A stretch of 32,000 nucleotides of DNA from Candidatus Baldrarchaeota archaeon (lineage in GTDB: Archaea > Asgardarchaeota > Baldrarchaeia > Baldrarchaeales > DXJG01), in the NCBI GenBank assembly GCA_019056805.1, contig DXJG01000002.1:463103-495102 (forward strand), in the 5' to 3' direction. A model generated the notes under the pieces. It searched no databases. It was not told where the DNA came from and saw only the letters and a program-made list of their open reading frames with translations. Made by a program: the position numbers and the translations under genes. Positions 9,894 to 19,035 of this stretch are shown here, in pieces; within the stretch, counting starts at the first letter, position 1; every line of letters starts with the position of its first letter.

Positions 9894-11600
9894 ATGAGAG
9901 GTCTTGTTATGAGTACTTTATTTAAAGAACTCGCTGAACTCTGCGAAAAACTCGAAGCAACTACAAAAAGAATCACAATGGTTAACCTAATTTCCTCTTT
10001 TCTCCGAAAACTTGAACCAGACGAAATTGGTCCAGCAGTACGTCTAATCATCGGAAGAATTTTTCCTGCTTGGAGTCAAGAAACCCTAGAAATATCTTGG
10101 AGAACGATCATAAAAATAATAAAAAATCTAACAAATGCAAGCAGCAAGGATATATCTGAAGCTTTCAGCAAAACAGGCGATCCAGGAGATATGGCAAAAA
10201 TACTAATGGAAAAAAGAAAAACAATTAAACAAGTAACTCTTCTCCAATCTCCACTTACAATTCTCGACGTCTATAAATGTTTTCTTTCTATTGCAAATGC
10301 TAAAGGCCCTGGAAGTAAAAAGAAAAAGGAAGGACTCCTATATGGTTTATTGAGTAGAGCATCCCCTCTTGAAGTAAAGTACATTATAAAAGATATTTTA
10401 GGTGAAATGAGACACGGCGTCTCAGAAGGCTTAATGGAAGAAGCTATAGCAAAGACCTCTGGAGCGTCTTTAGAACAAATTAAGAGAGCCCATATGCTTC
10501 TAGGAGACCTTGGTGACGTTGCACACATTGCACTAACTAGGGGAGCCCAACAGATAAGAGAAGTAAAAATAAGGTTGTTTCATCCAATTAAACCAATGTT
10601 AGCACAACCTGTTGAAAACGTTGAAGAAGCTCTTAAAGAACATGGCGGAAAAACGGCTTTCGAATATAAATTGGACGGTGCAAGAGTTCAAATCCACCTA
10701 AAAAACGGGAAAGTTGCAATATTCAGCCGTAGATTAACAAATGTAACTCATAGTTTACCTGATGTTGTTAAACTAATCTTGGATGAAATCAAAGCTAATG
10801 AAGCTATTTTAGAAGGGGAAGTAATCGCAGTTGGAGAAGAAGGCAAACCATTACCATTTCAACATTTAATGAGACGTTTTCACAGAGTTAAGGATATCGA
10901 GAAAATGGTGAAAGAGATACCAGTTCAACTATACCTATTCGATGTTTTATATTTAAATGAGAAAATGATGATAGATGAACCCTACATTAAAAGATGGGAA
11001 CATCTAGAAGAGATTTCCGGCAACATTCGGTTAACACCACGAATCATAACTAGTGATGCCAAGGAAGCTCAGAAATTCTTTGAAAAATCCAAAAAAGAAG
11101 GGCACGAAGGGCTTGTAGCTAAAAAATTAGACAGTAACTATACTCCAGGCATCAGAGGCAAAAAATGGCTCAAAATAAAAGGTATACTTGACACTCTAGA
11201 CTTAGTTATTGTCGCTGCTGACTGGGGATATGGTCGTAGACACGAATGGTTATCAGACTACTACTTAGCGGCAAAAGATGAAAAAACAGGCAAATTTATG
11301 GTTATTGGTAAAACTTTCAAAGGATTAACCGACAAAGAATTTAAAGAAATGACTAAACGGCTCCTAGAGCTTAAAATCACAGAGAGGGGAGGGACAGTCT
11401 ACGTAAAACCCGAAATTGTTGTCGAAGTCGCTTTTGACGAAATTCAACAATCTCCAAAATACGAATCTGGCTTTGCATTAAGATTTGCAAGAATAACTCG
11501 TATAAGAGAAGATAAGGGACCTGATGAAGCGGATACCATAGAAAGGGTACGTGAGATTTACGAGAAGCAGTTTAGGAGTAAAGCAAAAATAAATAATTAA
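9894..11600 (+). CDS. lig: ATP-dependent DNA ligase (archaeal type)
   Basis: EYKLDGARVQIH (adenylated Lys), IFSRR, ILEGEVIA, EGLVAK, WLKIK, DLVIVAA and RFARITRIREDK. Start may be ATG 9909. Confidence 0.97.
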   Translation: MRGLVMSTLFKELAELCEKLEATTKRITMVNLISSFLRKLEPDEIGPAVRLIIGRIFPAWSQETLEISWRTIIKIIKNLTNASSKDISEAFSKTGDPGDMAKILMEKRKTIKQVTLLQSPLTILDVYKCFLSIANAKGPGSKKKKEGLLYGLLSRASPLEVKYIIKDILGEMRHGVSEGLMEEAIAKTSGASLEQIKRAHMLLGDLGDVAHIALTRGAQQIREVKIRLFHPIKPMLAQPVENVEEALKEHGGKTAFEYKLDGARVQIHLKNGKVAIFSRRLTNVTHSLPDVVKLILDEIKANEAILEGEVIAVGEEGKPLPFQHLMRRFHRVKDIEKMVKEIPVQLYLFDVLYLNEKMMIDEPYIKRWEHLEEISGNIRLTPRIITSDAKEAQKFFEKSKKEGHEGLVAKKLDSNYTPGIRGKKWLKIKGILDTLDLVIVAADWGYGRRHEWLSDYYLAAKDEKTGKFMVIGKTFKGLTDKEFKEMTKRLLELKITERGGTVYVKPEIVVEVAFDEIQQSPKYESGFALRFARITRIREDKGPDEADTIERVREIYEKQFRSKAKINN

Positions 11601-11794
11601 ATTAACTTTACATTAAGTTCTTCAAAACTTATAATCGGCTTTTATTTTGCTTAACTGACGAAAATTTAGGTAGTGATAATTGAACTTCTTCTTGCTAAAA
11701 TTTATATTCTATTTGTATCTATCAGATTTATCTTTTAACTTCTAATAGTCCCTAAGATATCTAAGAATTGCATCAATGTGGCTGGTTAGTGAAA

Positions 11795-12841
11795 ATGAGC
11801 GAGGAAGAGAAATTTGAAGTTACAATTCCATATAAAAGAGTAATCGTATTACTAATTGTGGGAGTACTCTTAATTCTTCTTATTTATAACCTATTTAGAA
11901 GCTTTAGAGAATCGTTTCAACTAATATTAACCGTAAATGTTCCAATTTACATTTTAGCCATTATAGTCTCCGTTTCAGCTTTCCACTTATATGTTATCTC
12001 ATGGATGTTTCTACTCAGAGCTCTAAACATAAAAATAAAATTGAAAGATGTAATTTCGCTTGTATGGACTTCTTACTTTTTTGATGCCATGGTACCAACA
12101 GCATCAGTTTCAGGAGAAGCTGTCAGAGCTTATTTAACTGCAAAAAAACACGATGTAGAATGGGGAGATTCCATTAGTAGCGTAGTTGCTCATAGAACAA
12201 TAGCCATCCTATCTTTTACAGCTATGACAGCAGTATGCTTCATCCCCCTATATTTAACGTATCCACTATCGAAATATGTTTTAATACTTGCAGGTATTAC
12301 AGTTTCACTTTCATTAATCGGTTTAGTGGCCTTGCTATACTTTTCGTTGAAACCTGAAGCCATTAACGCTTTCATGCGAGGTATTTTAAAGATTATTGGA
12401 AAAATAAGTAAAAGAGCAGCTGGTAGGATAGAGAAAGCGGAACCAAAAATCGTTAAAACGGTATATGATTTCTCTAACGGAATGAAATTATTAATAAATC
12501 ATAAAAAAGTAATGTTATTAACATTCATAACATCAGTGTTATGGTGGCTGGGAAACGCATTTACCGGGTACGTAATTTTTCTTTCCCTTGGATATAACAT
12601 AAGTTTTCTACTCATACTCTTCATATTCACTTTAACAATACTAATTAGGATGATCCCGATATTAATTCCTGGATCCATGGGACTTTTTGAAGTAGCAACA
12701 ATTGCGTTGTGGTCTGCTGTAGGTATATCACCAAGTATTGCAGCGGCAGTAGCTTTGTTAAATAGAAATGTATGGGTTGTTCAAGTGACAATAGGGTTCA
12801 TCGCGACGATAAGGGAGATTCGAGGACTAAATAAACATTAA
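11795..12841 (+). CDS. UPF0104/lysylphosphatidylglycerol synthase TM-domain (flippase-like) membrane protein
   Basis: Multi-TM protein with PTASVSGEAVRAY and PILIPGSMGLFEVA motifs typical of the family. ATG at 11795 preferred over TTG at 11768. Confidence 0.8.
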   Translation: MSEEEKFEVTIPYKRVIVLLIVGVLLILLIYNLFRSFRESFQLILTVNVPIYILAIIVSVSAFHLYVISWMFLLRALNIKIKLKDVISLVWTSYFFDAMVPTASVSGEAVRAYLTAKKHDVEWGDSISSVVAHRTIAILSFTAMTAVCFIPLYLTYPLSKYVLILAGITVSLSLIGLVALLYFSLKPEAINAFMRGILKIIGKISKRAAGRIEKAEPKIVKTVYDFSNGMKLLINHKKVMLLTFITSVLWWLGNAFTGYVIFLSLGYNISFLLILFIFTLTILIRMIPILIPGSMGLFEVATIALWSAVGISPSIAAAVALLNRNVWVVQVTIGFIATIREIRGLNKH

Positions 12842-14031
12842 ATTTCATGTTTAAAAGTCCATCGATCACGTTCAGAAATTATAGTTTTAAGCAACAAAGC
12901 AGCTTTTTGTTTTGGAAGTAGAAGAAAAATCTTAGCCAAATGTTTACAGAATCTCTTTTCGACAGCAGTTCTAGCCCAATCTGCACAATCATGAGAAATT
13001 AACCTATTCTCAACATCTATGATAACCTTGTAATCTCTTATTTTAGCTTTAATGAGTTTATCGGAAATTTTAAGAAAGTTCACATCTCTATCATTTATTC
13101 TTCTAGCTCTAGCGATTCTTTTCCAGTCAATTAAATGAGATAGCAGCTCTTCAACATTTTCTAACTCTATAACGGGAGTACCAACTAGTGTTGTTTGAAC
13201 AGCTTTAACTGGTACGGGTGCTTTAGCTTCGATTATACTTAACATGTTAGTTTCAATTTCAGCCTGTTTCTTATTCTGAAGTTTTAAAAGCTTTAACAAC
13301 TGAAGAGCATTTAACGCTGCATATCCATAAAAATGATTATTAAATAATCCATAAAACACTTTTACTTTCTTAGTTATCTCTTCTATTCTCGGTAGCCACT
13401 CCTTTAATTCCTCAATCTTGTACCTATAGTTATACCATGGCCTCTTACCCCTTCCATGCCATCGAACATAACCAAAATCCGCTGTAATCTCAACAATAGG
13501 TGGTAAAAGAGGCTCGTCAACAATCACATAAGCAATATTGTATCCACGTAAAATTTCAAAAGTATCTTTAGTTAACCAAGATTCGTCTCTAAATTCACAT
13601 GCAAACATATAATCGCTTGGAAGGATCGACAAAAACTTTTCTAAGGTACGTATATTTTTATTAGTTCTCTTAAAGCCTGGAGGTAACTGCAATAATAAGG
13701 GGCCAAGCTTTTCAGCTTCATGGAGTGGTTTCATTAAATTTAAAAACCTTTCAAGATCACGTTGAACCTCAAGGGATAAATCCAACTTCTTTTTATGCGT
13801 AATCTCTCTAGGTACTTTTGCAGCGAATTTAAACCCTTCAGGAGCCATTCTCTGCCAGCCTTTAACCAAATTAACAGAGGGATAGCTATAAAAGGTCGAA
13901 TTAATTTCCGTAGTATTGAAGACTGATGCATAAAAGCTAAACATACCCTTTTCAGAAGGATAAAAAATACCGACCCATTCCTTATAACTCCAGCCACTAG
14001 TTCCAATTCGAAAATCTACAGTCAATTTCAA
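12838..14031 (-). CDS. DUF72-family protein fused to a C-terminal SWIM-like Zn-finger domain
   Basis: IGTSGWSYKEW, TEINSTFYSYP, FKFAAKVPREITH, LLQLPP, EFRDESW, YVRWHGRG and FNNHFYGYA motifs; the C-terminal part has HDCADW...FCKHL. Confidence 0.88.
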   Translation of the reverse strand: MKLTVDFRIGTSGWSYKEWVGIFYPSEKGMFSFYASVFNTTEINSTFYSYPSVNLVKGWQRMAPEGFKFAAKVPREITHKKKLDLSLEVQRDLERFLNLMKPLHEAEKLGPLLLQLPPGFKRTNKNIRTLEKFLSILPSDYMFACEFRDESWLTKDTFEILRGYNIAYVIVDEPLLPPIVEITADFGYVRWHGRGKRPWYNYRYKIEELKEWLPRIEEITKKVKVFYGLFNNHFYGYAALNALQLLKLLKLQNKKQAEIETNMLSIIEAKAPVPVKAVQTTLVGTPVIELENVEELLSHLIDWKRIARARRINDRDVNFLKISDKLIKAKIRDYKVIIDVENRLISHDCADWARTAVEKRFCKHLAKIFLLLPKQKAALLLKTIISERDRWTFKHEI

Positions 14032-14129
14032 CCCTCAAATTCGTATTTATCAATAATTTAACTTTCTAAAGAACTTCAGACCTTAAAATACATTTAATAC
14101 AGAATGATGAAGTGAATTAAATCAACATT

Positions 14130-14852
14130 TCAAGTAAAATATTCGATATACTCTTTTTCTGCTTCTTCAGCTATCTTCTTAAATTCTGTTTCAAACTCTT
14201 TGTTTGGTTTTATTTCGACTTGACTACCTGAAATAATAATTTCACCTAAATTTCCTTGGGGGCCTTCGAGTTGAATAATGGTGACACCTTTCTTTGAAGT
14301 CTTTCCAATAAACATTTCTGGAAATATATCTAACAATTTTAAAACTACAAACCCAATTTTAGCGCTTATGCGATGTTCAATAGGCTTAGGTTCTTCAATT
14401 TTTTCTTCTTCCTTCTCTACCGGTTCAACTGTGACTGGTTTCTTAACTTCAACCATTGGCTCGGTTCTTCTTATTATTTTTGGCTGATCTTTTTCGAGAT
14501 CCACAACTGACTTATTAACTGTTTCCCATAGCTCAATCTTTTTGACAAGGTCTTTGTAAATATCTTTAAAAGACTCTCCGAGTTCCTTTTCATCTATGGT
14601 TATTATGTTTCGACAATTCTTGCCAACTATGAAGTTTCCAATTTTAATACCATATGTTTTAATCGATTGAGCAATTCTTTCCGCTGTTCTACGAGCTATG
14701 AACCCAACGTCACGACCGATAAAAAGATATAAGTTTCCTGTTTCTTCGTCGATAATGAGTGTGGTACAGTTTGGAGAAAGATGAGACAATGAAATTGGAA
14801 TAGGACGGGTCTCACCGGCATCTATTTCAAGCATAGCGAATATTTTAGCCAT
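14130..14852 (-). CDS. Probable single gelsolin-domain protein with linker and extra C-terminal domain (Asgard 1DGelX-like)
   Basis: IPISLSHLSPNCTTLIIDEETGNLYLFIGRDVGFIARRTAERIAQSI resembles the gelsolin core (VPxSxxxLnsxdxxILDxGxxiYxWxGkxsxxxexxxAxxxAxxI). It is followed by an E/K/P/V-rich linker and a roughly 80-aa domain. GGTGA SD upstream. Confidence 0.58.
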   Translation of the reverse strand: MAKIFAMLEIDAGETRPIPISLSHLSPNCTTLIIDEETGNLYLFIGRDVGFIARRTAERIAQSIKTYGIKIGNFIVGKNCRNIITIDEKELGESFKDIYKDLVKKIELWETVNKSVVDLEKDQPKIIRRTEPMVEVKKPVTVEPVEKEEEKIEEPKPIEHRISAKIGFVVLKLLDIFPEMFIGKTSKKGVTIIQLEGPQGNLGEIIISGSQVEIKPNKEFETEFKKIAEEAEKEYIEYFT

Positions 14853-14958
14853 TTAGATCACCATAATATCATATAACACATATCTTTAACTTAAATTTAA
14901 AATCTCCTACAGTCAGCTTAAAATTTCACTACTAATGAAATATATATTCACCATTTTC

Positions 14959-14982
14959 GGAAATATTTTTAACATTTTTTCC
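14959..14982 (+). promoter_or_regulatory. Putative operator GGAAA-N14-TTTCC upstream of the XRE regulator
   Basis: GGAAATATTTTTAACATTTTTTCC lies 24 nt before the ATG at 15007, downstream of a TATATA element at about 14941. It is 19/24 identical to the reverse complement of the site at 18151-18174. Confidence 0.55.
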
Positions 14983-15006
14983 CTTTAATGTTATTTGGTG
15001 TAATTA

Positions 15007-15531
15007 ATGTTTTGGCGTGAACTAGTATTCGAAGCTTTAAAAGGAGACAAAGAATACGTAAAAAAACTCAAAGAAGGACTAAAAAAATTCAACTTAAAAG
15101 CAAAAGACCTAGCAGAACTCTCAGAAGTTCCACTAAGCACACTTTACAAGATATTAAGTCTTGAACATGTTCCAAGACTAGATACTTTTAGAAAGATTCT
15201 AAAAGCTTTTCAAAGACTTGAAAGACGTGGAGAAAAACCGTGTGTAGCTGTTATCGCAGCGAAATATATTTTAGAACAATTAAAAATTAAGGAAATAAAA
15301 GTTAAGAATTCGGTATTCGAGTTAAGGGAATATCCAGCAACAGAGTTAGATGAGGTATTAATTCAAGCTGTTAAAGCGGAAAAAGACGGATGCTTAGCAA
15401 TAGTATGTGCACCTATAGCATCTCCAACAATTGAAAAAATAGTTGATATACCAGTAATTTCCATGAAACCAGGTAGCGAAGTTCTTGTAAACGCAATATA
15501 CGAAGCAGCGCAAAAAATTATCGGAAAATAA
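15007..15531 (+). CDS. XRE-family HTH transcriptional regulator with C-terminal ligand-binding-like domain
   Basis: LKAKDLAELSEVPLSTLYKILSLEHVPRLDT (HTH_3 pattern); C-terminal VIAA...EYPA...AEKDGCLAIVCAPIASPTIEKIVDIPV alpha/beta domain. Confidence 0.8.
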   Translation: MFWRELVFEALKGDKEYVKKLKEGLKKFNLKAKDLAELSEVPLSTLYKILSLEHVPRLDTFRKILKAFQRLERRGEKPCVAVIAAKYILEQLKIKEIKVKNSVFELREYPATELDEVLIQAVKAEKDGCLAIVCAPIASPTIEKIVDIPVISMKPGSEVLVNAIYEAAQKIIGK

Positions 15532-15548
15532 GAATAACCTAAACCTTA

Positions 15549-16334
15549 TTATACGTTAAATGTCTTGACAAACTCTTCTTCCATCTCTTTAAGAAGTTTC
15601 GCTCTAATACTTACAAATTCGGGAGATGTAATTATTCTCGGTCTTGGAAGATCTATTTTCAATTCCATTTTTACTTTTCCTGGACGTGAACTTAACAAGA
15701 TTATTCTATCAGCCAGGTATATAGCCTCTTCAATATGATGGGTGACAAAGATAACTGTCTTTTTATGTTCATGCCAGATTCTCTCAAGCTCTCTCTGCAT
15801 ATAACTCCTCGTTTGAGCATCTAAGTTTGCAAAAGGTTCATCTAAAAGCAAAACTATAGGATCGATAGCCAAAGCCCTCGCAATTGCAACTTTCTGTTTC
15901 ATACCACCACTAAGCTCTTTTGGAAAACTATTCTCAAAACCCTCTAAACCAACTAAACCAATAAGCTCCTTAACAATTTTCTTTCTCTCATCCCTAGAAA
16001 CACCATTAACCTCCAAACCAAATTCTATGTTTCCAATAACAGTCCTCCAAGGGAAAAGAGAAAAATCTTGAGGAATATAACCTAAACCATTCACAGGACT
16101 CTCAACTTTCTTTCCATCTATTTTAACATAACCTTTATCAGGTTTTTCAAGACCTGCAATAATTCTCAATAAAGTCGTTTTTCCACATCCACTTGGCCCA
16201 ACAACTGTTAAAAATTCCCCTTCATAAACTTTAAAGGAAACATCACGTAAAGCTTCCACTTTTTGTCCATATTCTCCTGTAAATGTTTTACTAACATTTA
16301 CAACCTCTATTTTAACTATCCCTTCATTTTCCAA
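15549..16334 (-). CDS. ABC transporter ATP-binding subunit, NitT/TauT (nitrate/sulfonate/taurine) family
   Basis: GPSGCGKTT, LSGGMKQK, LLLDEPFANLDAQTR, FVTHHIEEAIYLADRI and DLPRPR. Confidence 0.95.
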   Translation of the reverse strand: MENEGIVKIEVVNVSKTFTGEYGQKVEALRDVSFKVYEGEFLTVVGPSGCGKTTLLRIIAGLEKPDKGYVKIDGKKVESPVNGLGYIPQDFSLFPWRTVIGNIEFGLEVNGVSRDERKKIVKELIGLVGLEGFENSFPKELSGGMKQKVAIARALAIDPIVLLLDEPFANLDAQTRSYMQRELERIWHEHKKTVIFVTHHIEEAIYLADRIILLSSRPGKVKMELKIDLPRPRIITSPEFVSIRAKLLKEMEEEFVKTFNV

Positions 16335-17058
16335 CTTCTTCTCTCCACCTTAAAATTCTATTTTCCAAGAAACGCAACCCGTAATCTAAGAAAAGACCAA
16401 CTAAACCAATCATTATCATTCCAGCAATCATCTCTAAATATCTTCCCAGATATTGCATTTCCAGTACAAAAAACCCTAAACCAACTGGTTTTCTTAGGCC
16501 AATCATTTCAGAAGCTATTACACACATCCATCCCACACCAAGTCCAACCCTCATACCAGTAATAATTTCGGGTAAAATTGCGGGAAACACAACTTTAAAA
16601 ATCAGATCTCGTTCTTTCGCACCCAGTGTTATCGCCACATCAACTTGCGCTCTTCCAAGATTTTTTACTCCTGAAGCAGTACTCAATAATATAGGGAAGA
16701 AGGCCCCAAGCCAAACTATAAATGCGCTGGAAAATAAACCAAGCCCAAAGAAGACAATAGAGAAAGGTATCCAAGCTATAGGAGGAATATGTCTCACCAT
16801 CTCTATAAATGGATGAGTAATGCTGGATAATTTTTTATTCCAACCAATCAGTAAACCAAGAGGAATAGCAGTAATAATTGCTATGGCGAAACCAACCCCT
16901 ACCCTAATAAGACTTGCCGCCGCATGTTCAAGCAAATTTACACCAAAAATGTCTCCCCTTATAATCAAATTACAAAATATGACTATTAAGAAAACTATTT
17001 GGAGAAAAAATTGGATAATCAAATCCCATAAATTAAACATAGATATATTCAACTGCAT
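16324..17058 (-). CDS. ABC transporter permease, NitT/TauT family
   Basis: SLIRVGVGF, IPPIAWIP, EAA-like loop DVAITLGAKE, and ITGMRVGLGVGWMCVIASEMI. Overlaps the ATPase start by 11 nt. Confidence 0.93.
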   Translation of the reverse strand: MQLNISMFNLWDLIIQFFLQIVFLIVIFCNLIIRGDIFGVNLLEHAAASLIRVGVGFAIAIITAIPLGLLIGWNKKLSSITHPFIEMVRHIPPIAWIPFSIVFFGLGLFSSAFIVWLGAFFPILLSTASGVKNLGRAQVDVAITLGAKERDLIFKVVFPAILPEIITGMRVGLGVGWMCVIASEMIGLRKPVGLGFFVLEMQYLGRYLEMIAGMIMIGLVGLFLDYGLRFLENRILRWREEVGK

Positions 17059-17081
17059 TCTAGGCCACCAATATCAGTAGA

Positions 17082-18077
17082 TTATAAAGTACTCTCCACG
17101 GTTTCAAGTATACTAAGATCTATGAACTCTGTTAAAAACTGTTCTACATTAAAGCTTTCATCAACTAAAATTATTTCATTTTCTATAAGTTTTTCTAAAT
17201 AGGTTCTGATGCCTTCAAGATCTGGATTGTATATGAATGCTATATTTTCTAAAGCTAACCTTATAGCTTCTTCACTAAAACCAGTACGTTTAACTGCAAT
17301 TTCAACAGCCTCTTCAAAGTTCTCCCAAATCCATTTAGTAGCTCTTACATGAATCTCCAAAATTTTGGTAACAATATCTCTATGCTTTGCAAGGAAATCA
17401 CTTCTAACAGCAACTACGCAGCAAGGATGATTCTTCCACAGTTCGCCACTTCTCACAAGATAATATCCGATATTTTTGGTAACTGCATCTGCACAAAATG
17501 GTTCCCACGCTACAAATCCATCAATGTCACCACCACTAAGCATTAACTCCATATTTGAAGGTCCAAATCCTCTAGTGATTGTAACATCCTTCTCAGTAAG
17601 ATTAGCCTTTTCTAATGCTAATAGTAATAAGAAATGTTGGACAGTTCCGTATCCAGGTATCGCAATATTCTTACCAGCTAGATCCTGTAGGCTATTAATC
17701 TGGGAATTTTTACCAACAATTATAGCACTACCATTAACGTTCACAGCAGAAATTACCGTTATGTTAATATCTGCGTTAATTCTTTTAATTAATGCAGGTG
17801 CAATGCCTAAATATCCTATATCGATTTCACCAGCTTTGAACCCATCCATTTCAGCCATTCCATTTTGATATACACGAGTAACTATCTTTAATCCCTCTTC
17901 CTCAAACCACCCCTTCTCTAAAGCAACAAACAAAGCTAAATGATGTAAATCCGCCTCCAAAAAACCTATTGTAATTGTTGGCTCCACTAGGTAGACGCTA
18001 TACACGTAGTAACCCGTAAGAGAAACACCAAAAACAATAATAAGAATTATTATTGCTTTAGCTTTAGTTAATTCCAA
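17082..18077 (-). CDS. ABC transporter substrate-binding protein, NitT/TauT family
   Basis: N-terminal membrane anchor, then TIGFLEADLHHLALFVALEKGWF, GEIDIGYLGIAP, DLAGKNIAIPGYGTVQH, AWEPF and HPCCVV. Confidence 0.92.
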   Translation of the reverse strand: MELTKAKAIIILIIVFGVSLTGYYVYSVYLVEPTITIGFLEADLHHLALFVALEKGWFEEEGLKIVTRVYQNGMAEMDGFKAGEIDIGYLGIAPALIKRINADINITVISAVNVNGSAIIVGKNSQINSLQDLAGKNIAIPGYGTVQHFLLLLALEKANLTEKDVTITRGFGPSNMELMLSGGDIDGFVAWEPFCADAVTKNIGYYLVRSGELWKNHPCCVVAVRSDFLAKHRDIVTKILEIHVRATKWIWENFEEAVEIAVKRTGFSEEAIRLALENIAFIYNPDLEGIRTYLEKLIENEIILVDESFNVEQFLTEFIDLSILETVESTL

Positions 18078-18150
18078 TATAAGTCACCCAAGAAATTATA
18101 TAATACCTAAATATAAATTTCACTTTTAGGAAAAAAATATACCACAAAAA

Positions 18151-18174
18151 GGAAAAATTATTAATGTTATTTCC
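18151..18174 (-). promoter_or_regulatory. Putative operator (inverted repeat AAAAAGGAAA-N14-TTTCCTTTTT) upstream of the ABC operon
   Basis: 10-bp perfect inverted repeat arms at 18146-18155 and 18170-18179. The core has the same spacing as the site at 14959-14982 and lies upstream of a minus-strand TTTATA at about 18112-18117. Confidence 0.55.
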
Positions 18175-18422
18175 TTTTTAGGTTAAATATTATCACCATT
18201 GGTAACTAACAATGTTTATTATTCGATTTTGAAGAAATGCCAAAAATAACTTAAAATTGAAAGAGTGATATTATGCAGTATTTCTTCTGTCAATCTACTT
18301 CATTTTTAGCTTGTTAGATTAATTATTAATTCTAACAGTTTATTTTATTTAATTAAATTAAAAATTAATGGTAATCGTTAAATTTAATTGAAGATAGGCG
18401 TAGTTTTCTTGGAGGTAAAAGC

Positions 18423-18914
18423 TTGACATGGGACTATGAGAGGATTAGAAACAAACTCCTTGAAGCAAGAGAACACTTAGTTAAGGCGCTTCAAAAACTT
18501 AAATCATCAAGGAACTGGTCTTTTCTAGACATGTTTCTTGGGAGAGGTCTCAGCCTCTTTGCCGATTTTATGGAACATGAAAAGTATGGCGAAGCGGTGG
18601 AGGAAATAAGACGAGCAAAACATATAATATCTCAAGTTCAAGAACACATCGGCGATGTGGATTTAGAGGTGGATGACAGTTTATTCGGTACTTTTCTCGA
18701 TATAGCCTTCGATAATATTTTCATAGATTTTCTGAGACATGGAAGAATTAATAAGGCAAGAAAAAAGGTCATAGAAGTTATAAGGAAAATAGACAATGTA
18801 TTGGCAACATTAAAACCCCCTAAAATCGTAGAAGAAGAAAGGTTTTGCTCCACTTGCGGAGCAAGTATACCAACTAGTTCAAAATTTTGTCCATACTGTG
18901 GAGCAAAACAATAG
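18423..18914 (+). CDS. Hypothetical helical protein with C-terminal zinc ribbon
   Basis: C-terminal FCSTCGASIPTSSKFCPYCG; TTG start after GGAGG. Confidence 0.75.
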   Translation: MTWDYERIRNKLLEAREHLVKALQKLKSSRNWSFLDMFLGRGLSLFADFMEHEKYGEAVEEIRRAKHIISQVQEHIGDVDLEVDDSLFGTFLDIAFDNIFIDFLRHGRINKARKKVIEVIRKIDNVLATLKPPKIVEEERFCSTCGASIPTSSKFCPYCGAKQ

Positions 18915-19035
18915 GATAGCATTGCAACAACTTTAAAATCTTTTCAACATTTTCCAAATACATATCCCTGCTTAGTGTTTAAACTATCTTAGATTAATTT
19001 GAATAATAAATCTGAATTTATGAATTTACTGAAGG

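Noticed and set aside
12838-12841. Convergent genes sharing a TTAA stop overlap
   Set aside because: Real, but common in compact AT-rich archaeal genomes.
14104-14110. ATGATGA (box C consensus) in the DUF72/gelsolin intergenic gap
   Set aside because: No D' or D box at a suitable distance, and the AT-rich downstream sequence has no guide-like content.
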